Assembly (NCBI RefSeq): GCF_028641065.1
Contig: NC_073401.1
Coordinates: forward strand, 22,382,001 to 22,446,000
DNA: 64,000 nucleotides
Direction: 5' to 3'
Source of the DNA: Leucoraja erinacea
Taxonomy: Eukaryota
Made by a program: the position numbers and the translations under genes. The notes under the pieces are model-generated. The model saw nothing but the letters and a program-made list of their open reading frames with translations. It did no database searches and was not told the DNA's origin. The number at the start of each line of letters is the position of its first letter. Position 1 is the stretch's first letter. Below, in pieces: positions 39,159-50,768 of the stretch.

Positions 39159-40878
39159 CATCTCCGACACCTCCCTCCCCTTTCCTGATCTCAATCTCTA
39201 TCACAGGAGAGAGAATTATTTGGATGAGGGAATTGAATGCAAAATCTCCAAGTTTGCGGATGACACGAAGCTGGGGGGCAGTGTTAGCTGTGAGGAGGAT
39301 GCTAGGAGGCTGCAAGGTGACTTGGATAGGTTGGGTGAGTGGTCAAATGCATGGCAGATGCAGTATAATGTGGATAAATGTGAGGTTATCCACTTTGGTG
39401 GCAAAACAGGAAAGTAAACTATTATCTGAATGGTGGCCGATTAGGAAAAGGGGAGATGCAACGAGATCTGGGTGTCATGGTACACCAGTCATTGAAAGTA
39501 GGAATACAGGTGCAGCCGGCAGCGAAGAAAGCAAATGGTATGTTAGCGTTCATAGCAAAAGGATTTGAGTATAAGAGCAGGGAGGTTCTACTGCAGTTGT
39601 ACAGGGTCTTGGTGAGACCACACCTCGAGTATTGCGTACAGTCTTGGTCTCCTAATCGGAGGAAAGACATTCTTGCCATAGAGGGAGTACAGAGAAGGCT
39701 CACCAGACTAATTCCTGGGATGGCAGGACTTTCACATGAAGAAAGACTGGATAGACTCGGCTTGTACACGCTAGAATTTAGAAGATTGAGGGGGGATCTT
39801 ATAGAAACTTACAAAATTCTTAAGGGGTTGGACAAGCATGATGCAGAAAGATTATTCCCGATGTTGGAGAAGTCCAGAACTAGGGGTCACAGTTTAAGGG
39901 TAAGAGGGAAGTATTTTAGGACCGAGATGAGAAAATCATTTTTTACACTGAGAGTGGTGAATCTGTGGAATTCTCTGCCACAAAAGGTAGTTGAGGCCAG
40001 TTCAATGGCTATATTGAGGGAGTTAGATATGGCTCTTGTGGCTAAAGAGATCAGGGGGGTATGGAGAGAAGGCAGGGATGGGATACTGAGATGGATTATA
40101 AGCCATGATCATAATGAATGGCGGTGCAGGTTCGAAGGGCCGAATGGCCTACTCCTGCACCTATTTTCTATGCTTCTATGTTTCTATGAGATAGACCACC
40201 GACTGACGTGTATTACAAACCCACTGACTCCCACAACTATCTCTGCTACACTACTTCCCACCCGGCTTCCTGCAAAGACTATCCCTCACTCCCAATTCGT
40301 CCGTCTGCACCGCATCTGCGCACAAGGTGAGGTGTTCCATACATGGACATCCGAGATGTCCTCATTCTTTAGTGAACGGGAGTCCCCTTCCCCATCATAG
40401 ATGATGCCCTCACTCGTGTCTCCTCAGTACCCGCAGCTCCGCCCTTGTTCCCCTTCCCCCCAGTCGCAACAGAGACAGAGTTCCCCTGGTCCTTAAATTT
40501 GACCCCATCAGACGTCGCATACACCACATAATCCTCCAACATTTTCGCCACCTCCAATGGGATCCCGACACTAGTCACATCTTTCCATCTCCACCCTTTT
40601 CCGCCTTCCGCAGAGATCCTCAGCAACTCCCTGGGTAACTCATCCCTTCCCATCCAAATCACCGTCTCCTCCATTGGCAGAGTGAGGCGAAATGCAAATT
40701 GGAGGAACAGCATCTCATATTCGCTGGGCAGCCTACAGCCAAGTGGAATGAATGTTGATTTATCCAACATCAAGTAATCCTGACATTCCCTCCCTCTCTA
40801 TCCCTCCCCCACCCAAGTCACACCAGCTCCTCGTCTTCTCCCAATGATCAGCTAACAACGGGGTTAAGAAGGAGAGAC
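39159..40878 (+). mobile_element. PLE remnant with nested CR1 (39211-40187)
   Basis: Paralog of spacer 1. Confidence 0.88.
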
Positions 40879-40971
40879 AAATCAACCATGATTGAATGGT
40901 GGGTTGAAGATGGGCCGTGGCGTAATTCTACTATTCCTTACGACCTTATGACCTTATCACTGGTCCGCGCG

Positions 40972-42049
40972 GTAGGGATTAACGGGCCCCTTTCAGGCTG
41001 GCAGGAAGTGACGAGTGGGGTGCCGCGAGGCTCGGTGCTGGGACCGCAGCTATTTACAACATATGGTAATGATTTAGATGGAGGGATTAAAAGTAACATT
41101 AGCAAATTGCAGATGATACAAAGCTGGGTGGCAGTGTGAAATGTGAAGTGGATGTTCTGAGAATGCAGCGTGACGTGGCCAGGTTGGGTGAGTGGGCAGA
41201 TGCATGGCAGATGCGGTTTAATGTGAATAAATGTGAGGTTACCCAATTAGGTAGCAAAAACAGAAAGAAAGATTATTATGTAAATGGTGTCAATTTGGGA
41301 AAAGGGGAAGTACTACGGGATCTGGGGGTCTTTGTTCATCAATCAATGAAAGCAAGCATGCAGGTACAGAAGGCAGTGAAGGAAGCGAATTCTAATAATA
41401 ATTATGGCCTTCATAATAAGAGGAGTTGAGTGAAGGAGCAAAGATTTCCTTCTGCAGTTGTAGAAGGCTGTAGTGAGACCACACCTGGAGGATTGTGTGC
41501 AGTTTTGATCTTCAAATTTGAGGAAGGACATTCTTGTTATTGAGGGAGTGCAGCGTAGGCTCACAAGGTTATTCCAGGATGGCGCGACTGTCATCTGCTG
41601 AGAGAATGGAGCGGCTGGGCTTGTCTACTCTGGAATTTAGAAGGATGAGAGGGGATCTTATTGACACATATAGGATTATTAAGGGTTTGCACACGCTAGA
41701 GGTAGGAAATATGCTCCCGAAGTTGGGGGAGTCCAGAATCAGGGGCCACAGTTTAAGAATAAGGGGTAAGCAATTTAGAACGGAGATGGGGAAACACTTT
41801 TTCACACTGAAAGTTGCGAGTCTGTGGAATTCTCTGCCTCAGAGGGCGGTGGAGGCCGGTTCTCTGGAAACTTTCAAGAAATTGCTCGATAGGGCTCTTG
41901 AAAATAGCGGAGTCAGGGGGATATGGGGAGAAGGCAGGAACAGGGTACTGATTGTGGATGATCATCCATAATTACATTGAATGGCCGTGCTGGCTTGAAG
42001 GGCCGTGTGGCCTACTCCTGCACCTATTGTCTATTGTCTATTGTCTATT
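40972..42049 (+). mobile_element. 5'-truncated CR1-type LINE
   Basis: Paralog of 9259-10327. Confidence 0.88.
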
Positions 42050-42059
42050 ACACAGCCAT

Positions 42060-44690
42060 GCCTGTCGCTAACTAGCTCATTCTCCTTCCAATGGGAGTAA
42101 ATCTCAATGAATTATCTCCAATAGTTTCCTACCACTGACGTGCGTCTCACCGGCCTCTATTTCCCTGGATTCCTTCTACGTCTCAATCAACAAAGGAACA
42201 ACTGGTCATTTTCCAGTCCTCTATATGCTCGCCTCTGGCAAGAGAAGAAGCAAATATTCTCAAGACCCCTGGAATCACCTCTCGCCTCCCTCAATAAACT
42301 GGGATAGATACCAACGGGTGCAGGGGACCTATCAAACTCAATGTTCCTCAAGAGCCTCACTGCCGCTCTTTTCAACCTCAAGCCCCAGCATATGTGCCCT
42401 AGCATATTAGTTTTCCCCACACTGATCTCACCGTCATCCACGTCTTTCTCCTTGGTGAATACAGATGCAGAACGCACTCGTTTAACAATTCCGCTACATC
42501 CTTTATCCTCGATCAGACCTACCGTATCCTTACACCCTTCTTGTTTTTTAACATATGTATAAAAATCCGCAGTATTTTCCTTAACTCAACAAATCAGTTA
42601 CATTTCGTGACCAGTTTGGCCCGACTAATCACCCAGTTGAGCTCTTTGCTACTCATCATTCCTCATAATCCCCGTATGATGGCACTTTGTTAAATCTGAC
42701 ATACGCTTCCGTTTTGTTTCTGAAAAGGTGTATAACCTCCGTGGTCATTCACGGATCCCTTACCATGCCATCGTTATCCATCCTCCTTACTGGAACGTGC
42801 TGATCCTGTACTTGGTTAAATAACTCCCATATATTAGTTGTGGACATACTCAATAACAACTGCAACCAAGCTCCTGCCTAATGACATCTTAATCTGTTTT
42901 GCTTCTGCCAACATCCACACCAAATCTTTATTCAAACCTTATTCAAAACCTTGTAATGTTGAGGTCACTATCCCCAAGTGCTCTTCCAGCATACCACCAG
43001 TCACGTGGCCAAGCACATTTCCCAACACAAGCTCCAGTATCGTCCCTCCTGGATTCAGACTATCCATACACCGTTTAAGGCAAATTTCTTGGATATACTT
43101 CATAAATTCTCATTTAACCCCCTTGCACTGAACAAAATACAGTCAATATTGGGGAAGTTAACGATACCCACTACAGCAACACTGTAGTTCATGCATCTGT
43201 GTGCATATCCGATCCATCTATTAGATTCGATGAGATTAGATTAGATCTAATCTAATAAATGGACGGATGGATCTCCCGCTGATTATTGGGTGTCCCATAA
43301 TATAATCACATTAGAGAGACTGGTCCTTTCTTATTTTTAAGCACAACCCACATGTCTCAATAGATGTACCCTCCACTACGTCCCCTCCGAGTTCCGCCAT
43401 CCCAAATATCGAAGCCCTGATACATGTCTCTCCCACAAGCAGGTTTTCATAATGGCCACGACATTATTATTCCAAGCACTGATATCGACTATCTACGTTC
43501 ATTTAACGTCATCCACAATACTCATTGCATTGAAGTAAACGTGTCATCCCTTAATTGCCCCATAATCATGAACCAATCCCTGCCCATCTTTCCTTTGAGA
43601 CTTACTTGTTATAACCTCCACTTTCCCATAATCCTTCCCACTTGCAGACTTGCTCCTTTCGTTCCCATTCTCTGTCCATTGTAGCTTAAATTCTCCAGAT
43701 TAGTATGAGCAAACTTCACTGAAATGATTCTGGAGCCCATTCAGTTCAAATGCAACGTGTCCCTCTTGTGCAGGTTGCCTTTGCGATAACAGAAATCTCA
43801 ATAGTCTACAATTCGAATTATTTCCCCTGCACCAACCCCTCAGCCATGCATTCATCTGCCCCATCCTCCTATTGCTACCCTCAATAACACGTGGCAGCTG
43901 AAGTAATCGAGAGATTACCGCCCTGCAGGTGGTAATTTAAACCTTTTAACTAATTCCCATTAGACACTCCACAGGACCTCATTGCTCTTCGGTACATTTT
44001 GCTGATCTACTTATATTCACCCCAGAGGACCCCATCCATTTTCCTAACTCTTTTCCCATCTCTTTATACTGACTCTATAGGACCTCATCCAGTTTCCTAC
44101 ATATCATTTGTGCGGACATGCACAACGACTTCTGTCTGTTCACCCACCAGGTCGAAAATGCTCTGCAGTCGTTCCAGGACATCCTAGATCCTTGCACCAG
44201 AGAGGCAACAGTCCGTCCATGAGGCCTACTTGCTCCTGTCTGTCCCCCGCACTAATGTGGTTTATCACAATCACTGCCTGACTTCACACCGCTGCACATC
44301 AGAGACAGGCCCAGTGCCACAGACCTGACTACTGCTGCTGTCCCCTGAACGGTTACCCCCTCAACAGTTGCAAACGAACATAGCTGTTTTGCAGGGGGAA
44401 GCCTACAGGGAAGTCCTGGACCCTCTGCCTACTCCCTTTGCTGCTGGTCACTCTCCTATTCTTTGTCCGCACCACACGTGTGAGCACCTCACTATGACTT
44501 CTAACTATGACTTGCTCACTCTCTGGACGAACACGAGGTCATCCAATTGCAACTGCAGATCACTAACAGGGTCTTTCAGGAGCTGCACCTCGACACACCT
44601 CCTGCAGATGTAATGTTCAGAGACGCTACGTCTTCTTCAGTTCCAACATCCCACAGGCTGAGCACACTAGCCTCCATCTCTATGACACCA
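42060..44690 (-). mobile_element. Decayed CR1-type LINE
   Basis: Paralog of 10340-12950. Confidence 0.7.
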
Positions 44691-46294
44691 AGACCAGGTT
44701 GTGCTGCAAAGCAAACATAAAGTGACAGAACAAACCGTATCCTAAGGTAACCCTCACAGGAGCCTCTTGAGCTTAAGCCTCAATAAACCAATCTTACTAT
44801 ATATGGCCGCTCCATTTATGTTTACCTTCATTTTATTTGCAATAGTTATTTAGCCAAATAACCAAGTGTGACACTCGCCTGCAAATAACGATAGAGAAGG
44901 TGAACCAATATTCAAATAAGCATAACTCTGTCCGTTTGTAATGCAATGTAATTGCAATGTATTTAGTATACGCAAACAGTGTCTTCGTAATTCATTGTTA
45001 CTTGCAGCGAGTGAACATATAGAATGTGGCAAGTGTCAAATAAAGCGAATTATTTTGCTGTGAATTAAGTTCAATTACTTGATTGCTGTCGGAGCTGCAC
45101 ACATCTAGGTAAACTGAAAGCATTTCAGAAATACTAAGCAGTATTAAAAAAAATCGGAAACAAAGCTTGAGACATTGATGCCTCTGTTTGGCTTGTTTAC
45201 AAGTCACCGATCTGAGGACTTTATAGTTTTCACTGTACGGGCACATTCGTGGAAAGGACCGCTCTCTTTTGATTGATTGTCAGCCGAATTGTAAGAGTCC
45301 AAATAAGAAAATGCTGATATTTATCTGTTCTTTAGGCAGTATTTTCTTGTTGATATGCTTTAGCATTGATTCACACGGTGCTGTAGCAATCCACAATATG
45401 AAAAGAGGCTTTCGCTATAAATAGAGCGATTGGTTCGCAGTAAGAAATGTGCGCACGTCATATCAAGCAACGCTGTTCACATCTAAATATAATTCCATAT
45501 ATCGAGTGAAGGTTGACAGAATCAATACCATGGCAATCCAAACACCTACAGACTCACTTCACCTTTTTAACGGATGAAGCTACCTTGGCGATGAAATATA
45601 TTTTTCAATTCCTTCTCAATTTCACGAGCAATGTCAGTGAACCTGAACTAACCTTGGGTGCTACGAGCAAACATGGTTTCCCAAAATAACTCAAAACTCT
45701 TTGCATTGGTTTTGACAGTGACTTGCGTAGATGGCACAGTGAGATCAGATTAATCAGCACTGAAAACGATAAATTACCTCCATGAATATTATTTATTTTA
45801 ACACACACTCTCTGCAACCACACAGAAAATGATTCAAACTAAATGCAAAACCAGAATTGAATGTCCCGTTTCAAATAACACAAAATCTCCAGTTGTAGGA
45901 AGGAACTGCAGATGCTGGTTTACACCGAAGATAAGCACACATTGCTGGATTTAAGATGGAATAGGTGACGTTTCGGTTTGCGACCCTTCTTCATACTGAG
46001 AGTCACCGGAGAGGGAAACTAGAGATATCAAAACAGAATATCTTACGTGCTTGGAAATATATAAAATTGTACCGAGATACACAGTTGGAAACTAAATCCA
46101 TATCTACCTAACATTTTGGAAATAATTTGACATAGGAACAATCTGGCAACATTTGATTGGCGCAGCGTCCATTCTGATTAGAGTGTTTTGCATAATTAAT
46201 GAAGGCAGTGACGCCTCGCAACAGGGTTCATAAGCGACCTGGAGAGGCACCTGATCAACCACTTCATCTGGCGCCCACCACCAAAATAATTACA

Positions 46295-46343
46295 ATGTCT
46301 TGCTGGATGTCACTGGTTTGTGCGTTAGCATTTTCCGCAGCGT
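46295..46343 (+). CDS. IgL cluster 5 leader exon
   Basis: ATG, signal peptide, T|GTGAGT donor. Confidence 0.93.
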
Positions 46344-46467
46344 GTGAGTATTTTGCTTCCAAAGTTATTTATTCTGGAGTGCGATTAAACGTTTAGATAT
46401 CTGACACTTCTGCTCTTTCGCTAATATCTTGGTTAATGTTGTACTTTTTTTCTGGTTTGTTTTCCAG

Positions 46468-46812
46468 TCACAAATGCGCAAGTTGCACTAAATCAGCCGT
46501 CTTCAAAATCCACGTCTCTGGGGCAAAACGTGCAAATATCCTGTATCATGACTGGTGGCAGTTTAAGTACCAACATTGTTTCCTGGTACCAGCAGATTCC
46601 CGGAGCGGTTCCGCGGTTTCTGTTCTACTATTCCGCGGGCAGCAGCATTACTAGAGGTTCGGGAGTTTCTGACCGTTTCGCAGGATCAGTGTCAGGCAAC
46701 ACCATAACATTGACAATAGCGAATGTGCAGTCTGGGGACGCTGCGGACTATTACTGTGGTGTGTGGCTAAATCCTTTCATCTTCGGCAAAGGAACGAGGC
46801 TGGGTATTGGCG
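46468..46812 (+). CDS. IGLV: IgL cluster 5 germline-joined VJ exon
   Basis: QVALNQPSS..CIMTGGSLSTNIVSWYQQ..YYSAGSSITRG..YYC-GVWLNPFI-FGKG; in frame. Confidence 0.97.
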
Positions 46813-48740
46813 GTAAGTAAACTATCTTCTACCTATGGGTTATTGATACTGCTGTGAAAAATAATTAGTTTTGTGTCGCTGATTGATGTTTCCAATAAAA
46901 GGCTTTTAAAGCTGATTTTTTTAACAATACCCGACCAAGATCGAATCTCCTTTGGCGAATTGGTTGACAACAGCATGAAAGGACAAAATGACTGTCCATC
47001 TGTTTTTTTTACTCTTAATTACTATTCGGACGATGAGCTAACATTGACCAAGCCAGGGTACTAATAAAACCGACCGTATGGAAACGGGAATTAACATTAG
47101 AGTGACAAGGAACTGCAGATGCTGATTTGCAAAATAAAAACCCCCAAAAAAGCAGAGGAGTGCCTCAGTGGGTCAGGCAGCATCTCTGGTGAACATAGAT
47201 TGGCGACGACCCGAAACGCCTCATTCATCTTCTCCAGAGAAGCTCCCGAATCCATCACGTTGTGCATCTTTCGGGAAATTATTTCTTGCCTTTAATGGCG
47301 CCTAGAATTCTAATGGAAAACGCACCTTCAATAATAGCTCATTTTCTGTTGATATTCCATCACGAAATGTAAAATGTGGGGATTCTGCGGATCACTAGAC
47401 CATGATAGACTTTTCCCAACATCGTGAACATGGAGAAATGTGGATTCTTGAAAATTATTGGTTCTCATCCAAAAATCGGCACGGTGGCGCAGCGGTTTAG
47501 CGCTGTAACCCAGTCGGTTCCATCCCAACTACGGGTGCTGTCTGCACGGAGTTTGTTCGTTCTCCCCGTGACTGCATGTGGTACAAATAAATTAAATCCT
47601 ATTTCGAGAGGACTAACTGCCACATTTATCCTTGTCCTCTTTTATACTTTTAAAACTGCTTAAATATTGCTAGTATACTTTTTTTGTAAGTGCTGAAGAT
47701 TGTCATGGTCAATATTTAGCCGGGATAAACATCGGACGCAAACAATAACGCGGTGCGAGGTTTAGTGCAGCGACATTGGGTTTGAAATCATCCATCGTTA
47801 TGAATCTATGTTGTTGTTTTTAATTTTTATGCTTTAAAATCTTTGCTTAATTGTATCTCCCGGACATATTCAAAGTCAATGTATGCTGCCAATGATTTTC
47901 TGCTAATGCGATATTTAATTCATTTCGTGATTTTGAAATTCCGGTACTTATGAGTTTTGTTGCCAGATGGAATTGTCATTACACTTAGAGCATGCGGATC
48001 GTGGAATCAATGGGACAGCGATTATTTCAATTTTAGACGAAAAATAACTGAAAATGTGAAAGCAATTTGCGCATTGAATTTCCCAACCATATCAGTAATC
48101 AGCAAGTCATTGCAGTCGATTTACTCTTTTTGCCATTGAGTGTACGGAATGAGATTCGATGATCAAATTCAGAAATTGAGCTAATTTTTTACTTCAAAAA
48201 GAAATCACAACATAAACGTAAACCATGTCCAAAATCAATTAACAAATGCGGGAACTAGTCTATGCATCGATGGGTTAAATGGCAAATTATTCGTGTCTCT
48301 TTTATCGAATCCTTCATGACACTTCGTTCTTTGGCCTTAATAAATGAAAGTATCCAAATAAGACATGTTTTAAGCGAGTTCAGTTGAAATTGGCACAATA
48401 GTTCCATAATTTATTAAATCCTGCAAATGGCTGTCGGGTCCAACACACGATTTTTATTTCAACTGGGGCCAATGGAAATAATACTCTGGAGATCAATTAA
48501 AAACACTGACGAAATAATTTATGTTTAACCACAAAATAGAACGTGTCCCATTGTCATAAATACCAATTAATCTTCGACGATCACACCTGGAAAATATCTC
48601 ACGTGCGCAATTGAACAATTTGAAACAAGTAGAGGAAAAATGTTTATTCATTAAAATGAATGGATCCATGGTATTTTTAACTATGTTTTAACCGAAGCAG
48701 TTCTTCAACCTCCACTAATCTGTCATATTATTTTAAACAG

Positions 48741-49063
48741 CACCTCGCGCCCCCGCAATGTCCGTCCTCGGACCTTCAGCGGAAGAAATCAAGGGAAAGG
48801 GCACGGCCACCCTGCTGTGTTTGGTGAGCGGGTTTAATCCGGGTGCAGTGGACATTGAGTGGACCGTGGAGGGCAGTGCGAGAAGCGACGGCGTTGAGAC
48901 CAGCCCAATCCAGCAGGAGAAGGACAACACGTTCAGTGCGAGCAGTTACCTGACTCTGCCAGTCACAGTCTGGAACTCAAACAATCTTTACTCTTGTGTG
49001 GTTAAACACGAAACCCAGGCAATCCCGTTTAAGGCAGACATCACCAGAACCGGCTGTATCTAA
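48741..49063 (+). CDS. IGLC: IgL cluster 5 constant exon
   Basis: C1-set domain, intact. Confidence 0.97.
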
Positions 49064-49554
49064 AACTCCTCAATTCCACCTAATGGAGCTGAAGTGATAT
49101 ATTTTGATCCTTCTTTCTTTCTATATTTGTGAGAAATTGGCCTGGGCATATTGTTTGTTTTTCGACCAGTCTTTGCGTTTAAAATCGTCGTTTGTCTTGC
49201 CAATTGTGAACGCCATTCCATTAAAGCAATCAAATTGTTAATTGAACCTCCTATGTTATTCAATCTCAGCTGATGCATCTTCAAATATTCATTAATATTC
49301 AGTGGTCTGAAGGTTGTATTCTGGATGTTTGCTTACTGCTATCATAAATTCAAACACGACTGTCAAATAAAATCAATAGTCCATTATTAAGAGCAATACA
49401 TTTTCGTGACTATAATTTCTGATTCGGAAGCATCAAATGTATGAAATCAAGATTTATGGGTTTTGACCTGATAGACGAAACAGCGATTTAGGTTATCGAA
49501 CGTTATATAAAACCGGTGACTTTAAGTTGGTTCACTTTACCCAGCGCTCGCCCA

Positions 49555-49561
49555 ACACACA

Positions 49562-49623
<62 letters not shown>
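49555..49623. repeat. Compound microsatellite (CA)n(CT)n
   Basis: Direct reading; much shorter CA runs at the same site in clusters 1-4. Confidence 0.95.
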
Positions 49624-49631
<8 letters not shown>

Positions 49632-49754
49632 TACACGCACGCTCGATGGAGCGTTCATACGGAATCTCATTCGAGTGAGGGCGGCTGAACAACAAATACG
49701 GGCCTACTAATCAATTAGGAATCTATGTCGAACATGATGCTAAAACTAAAGGAC

Positions 49755-50768
49755 CATTTCCGACACCTCCATCCCCTTTCTTGATCTCAATCTCTATCAC
49801 AGGAGATAGACCATCGACTGACGTCTATTACAAACCCAGTGACTCCCACAACTATCACGGCTACACTACTTCCCACCCGGCTTCCTGCAAAGACTATCCC
49901 CCACTCCCAATTCGTCCGTCTGCACCGCGTCTGCGCACAAGATGAGGCGTTCCATACCCAGACATACGAGATGTCCTCATTATTTAGTGAACGGGAGTCC
50001 CCTCTCCCACCATAGATGATGCCCTCACTCGTGTCTCCTCAGTACCCATATTCCGCCCTTGCTCCCCTTCCCCCTAATCGCAACAGAGACAGAGTTCTCC
50101 TTGTCCTTACCTTTTACCCCATCAGCCATAATCCTCCAACATTTTCGCCACCTCCAATGGGATCCCAACAATAGTCGCATCTTCCCATCTCCACCCCTTT
50201 CCGCCTTCCACAGAGACCCTCTGCAACTCCCTGGGTAACTCATCCCTTCCCATCCAAATCACCCCCTCCCCAGGTACCTTCACCTGCAACCGCAGGAGAT
50301 ACAACACCCGTCCGTATATCTCCTCCCTCGTCTCCGTCCAGGGACCACGATAGTCGTTTCATGTTCGGCAAAGTTTCTCTTACACCTCCAACCTCATCTA
50401 CTGTATCCTTGTTCAAGATGCGGACACTTATACATCGGCGACACCAAAAGTAGACTGGCTATCATTTCGCTAAACACCTTCGCTCAGTCTGCCTGAACAT
50501 ACCTAATCTTTAATTTTCCTCCCCATTCCCACACTGATCTTTTTGACCTAGGTCTCCTCCATTGCCAGAGTGAGGCTAAATGCAAATTGGAGGAACAGCG
50601 TCTCATATTTCGCTTGGGCAGCCTACAGCCCAGTGGAATGACTGTTGATGTATCTAACATCAAGTAATCCTGGCATGCCCTCTCTCTCTATCCCTCCCCC
50701 ACCCAAGTCGCACCAGCTTCTCGTCTTCACCCAATGATCAGCTAACAACGGGGTTAAGAGGGAGAGAC
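49755..50768 (+). mobile_element. Penelope-like remnant, uninterrupted and with the GIY-YIG region retained (decayed)
   Basis: Same 5' junction as in spacers 1-4, no CR1 insert; contains tgcaaccgcaggaga and ctcatctactgtat...tacatcggcg matching 215-380. Confidence 0.85.

Larger units (their letters stand above)
2476..50768 (+). repeat. Tandem segmental array of five near-identical IgL clusters (four copies of the intergenic spacer)
   Basis: Leader ATGs at 4040, 14725, 25226, 35814, 46295 (spacings 10685, 10501, 10588, 10481); ORF track and non-coding sequence recur with this period. Confidence 0.97.
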
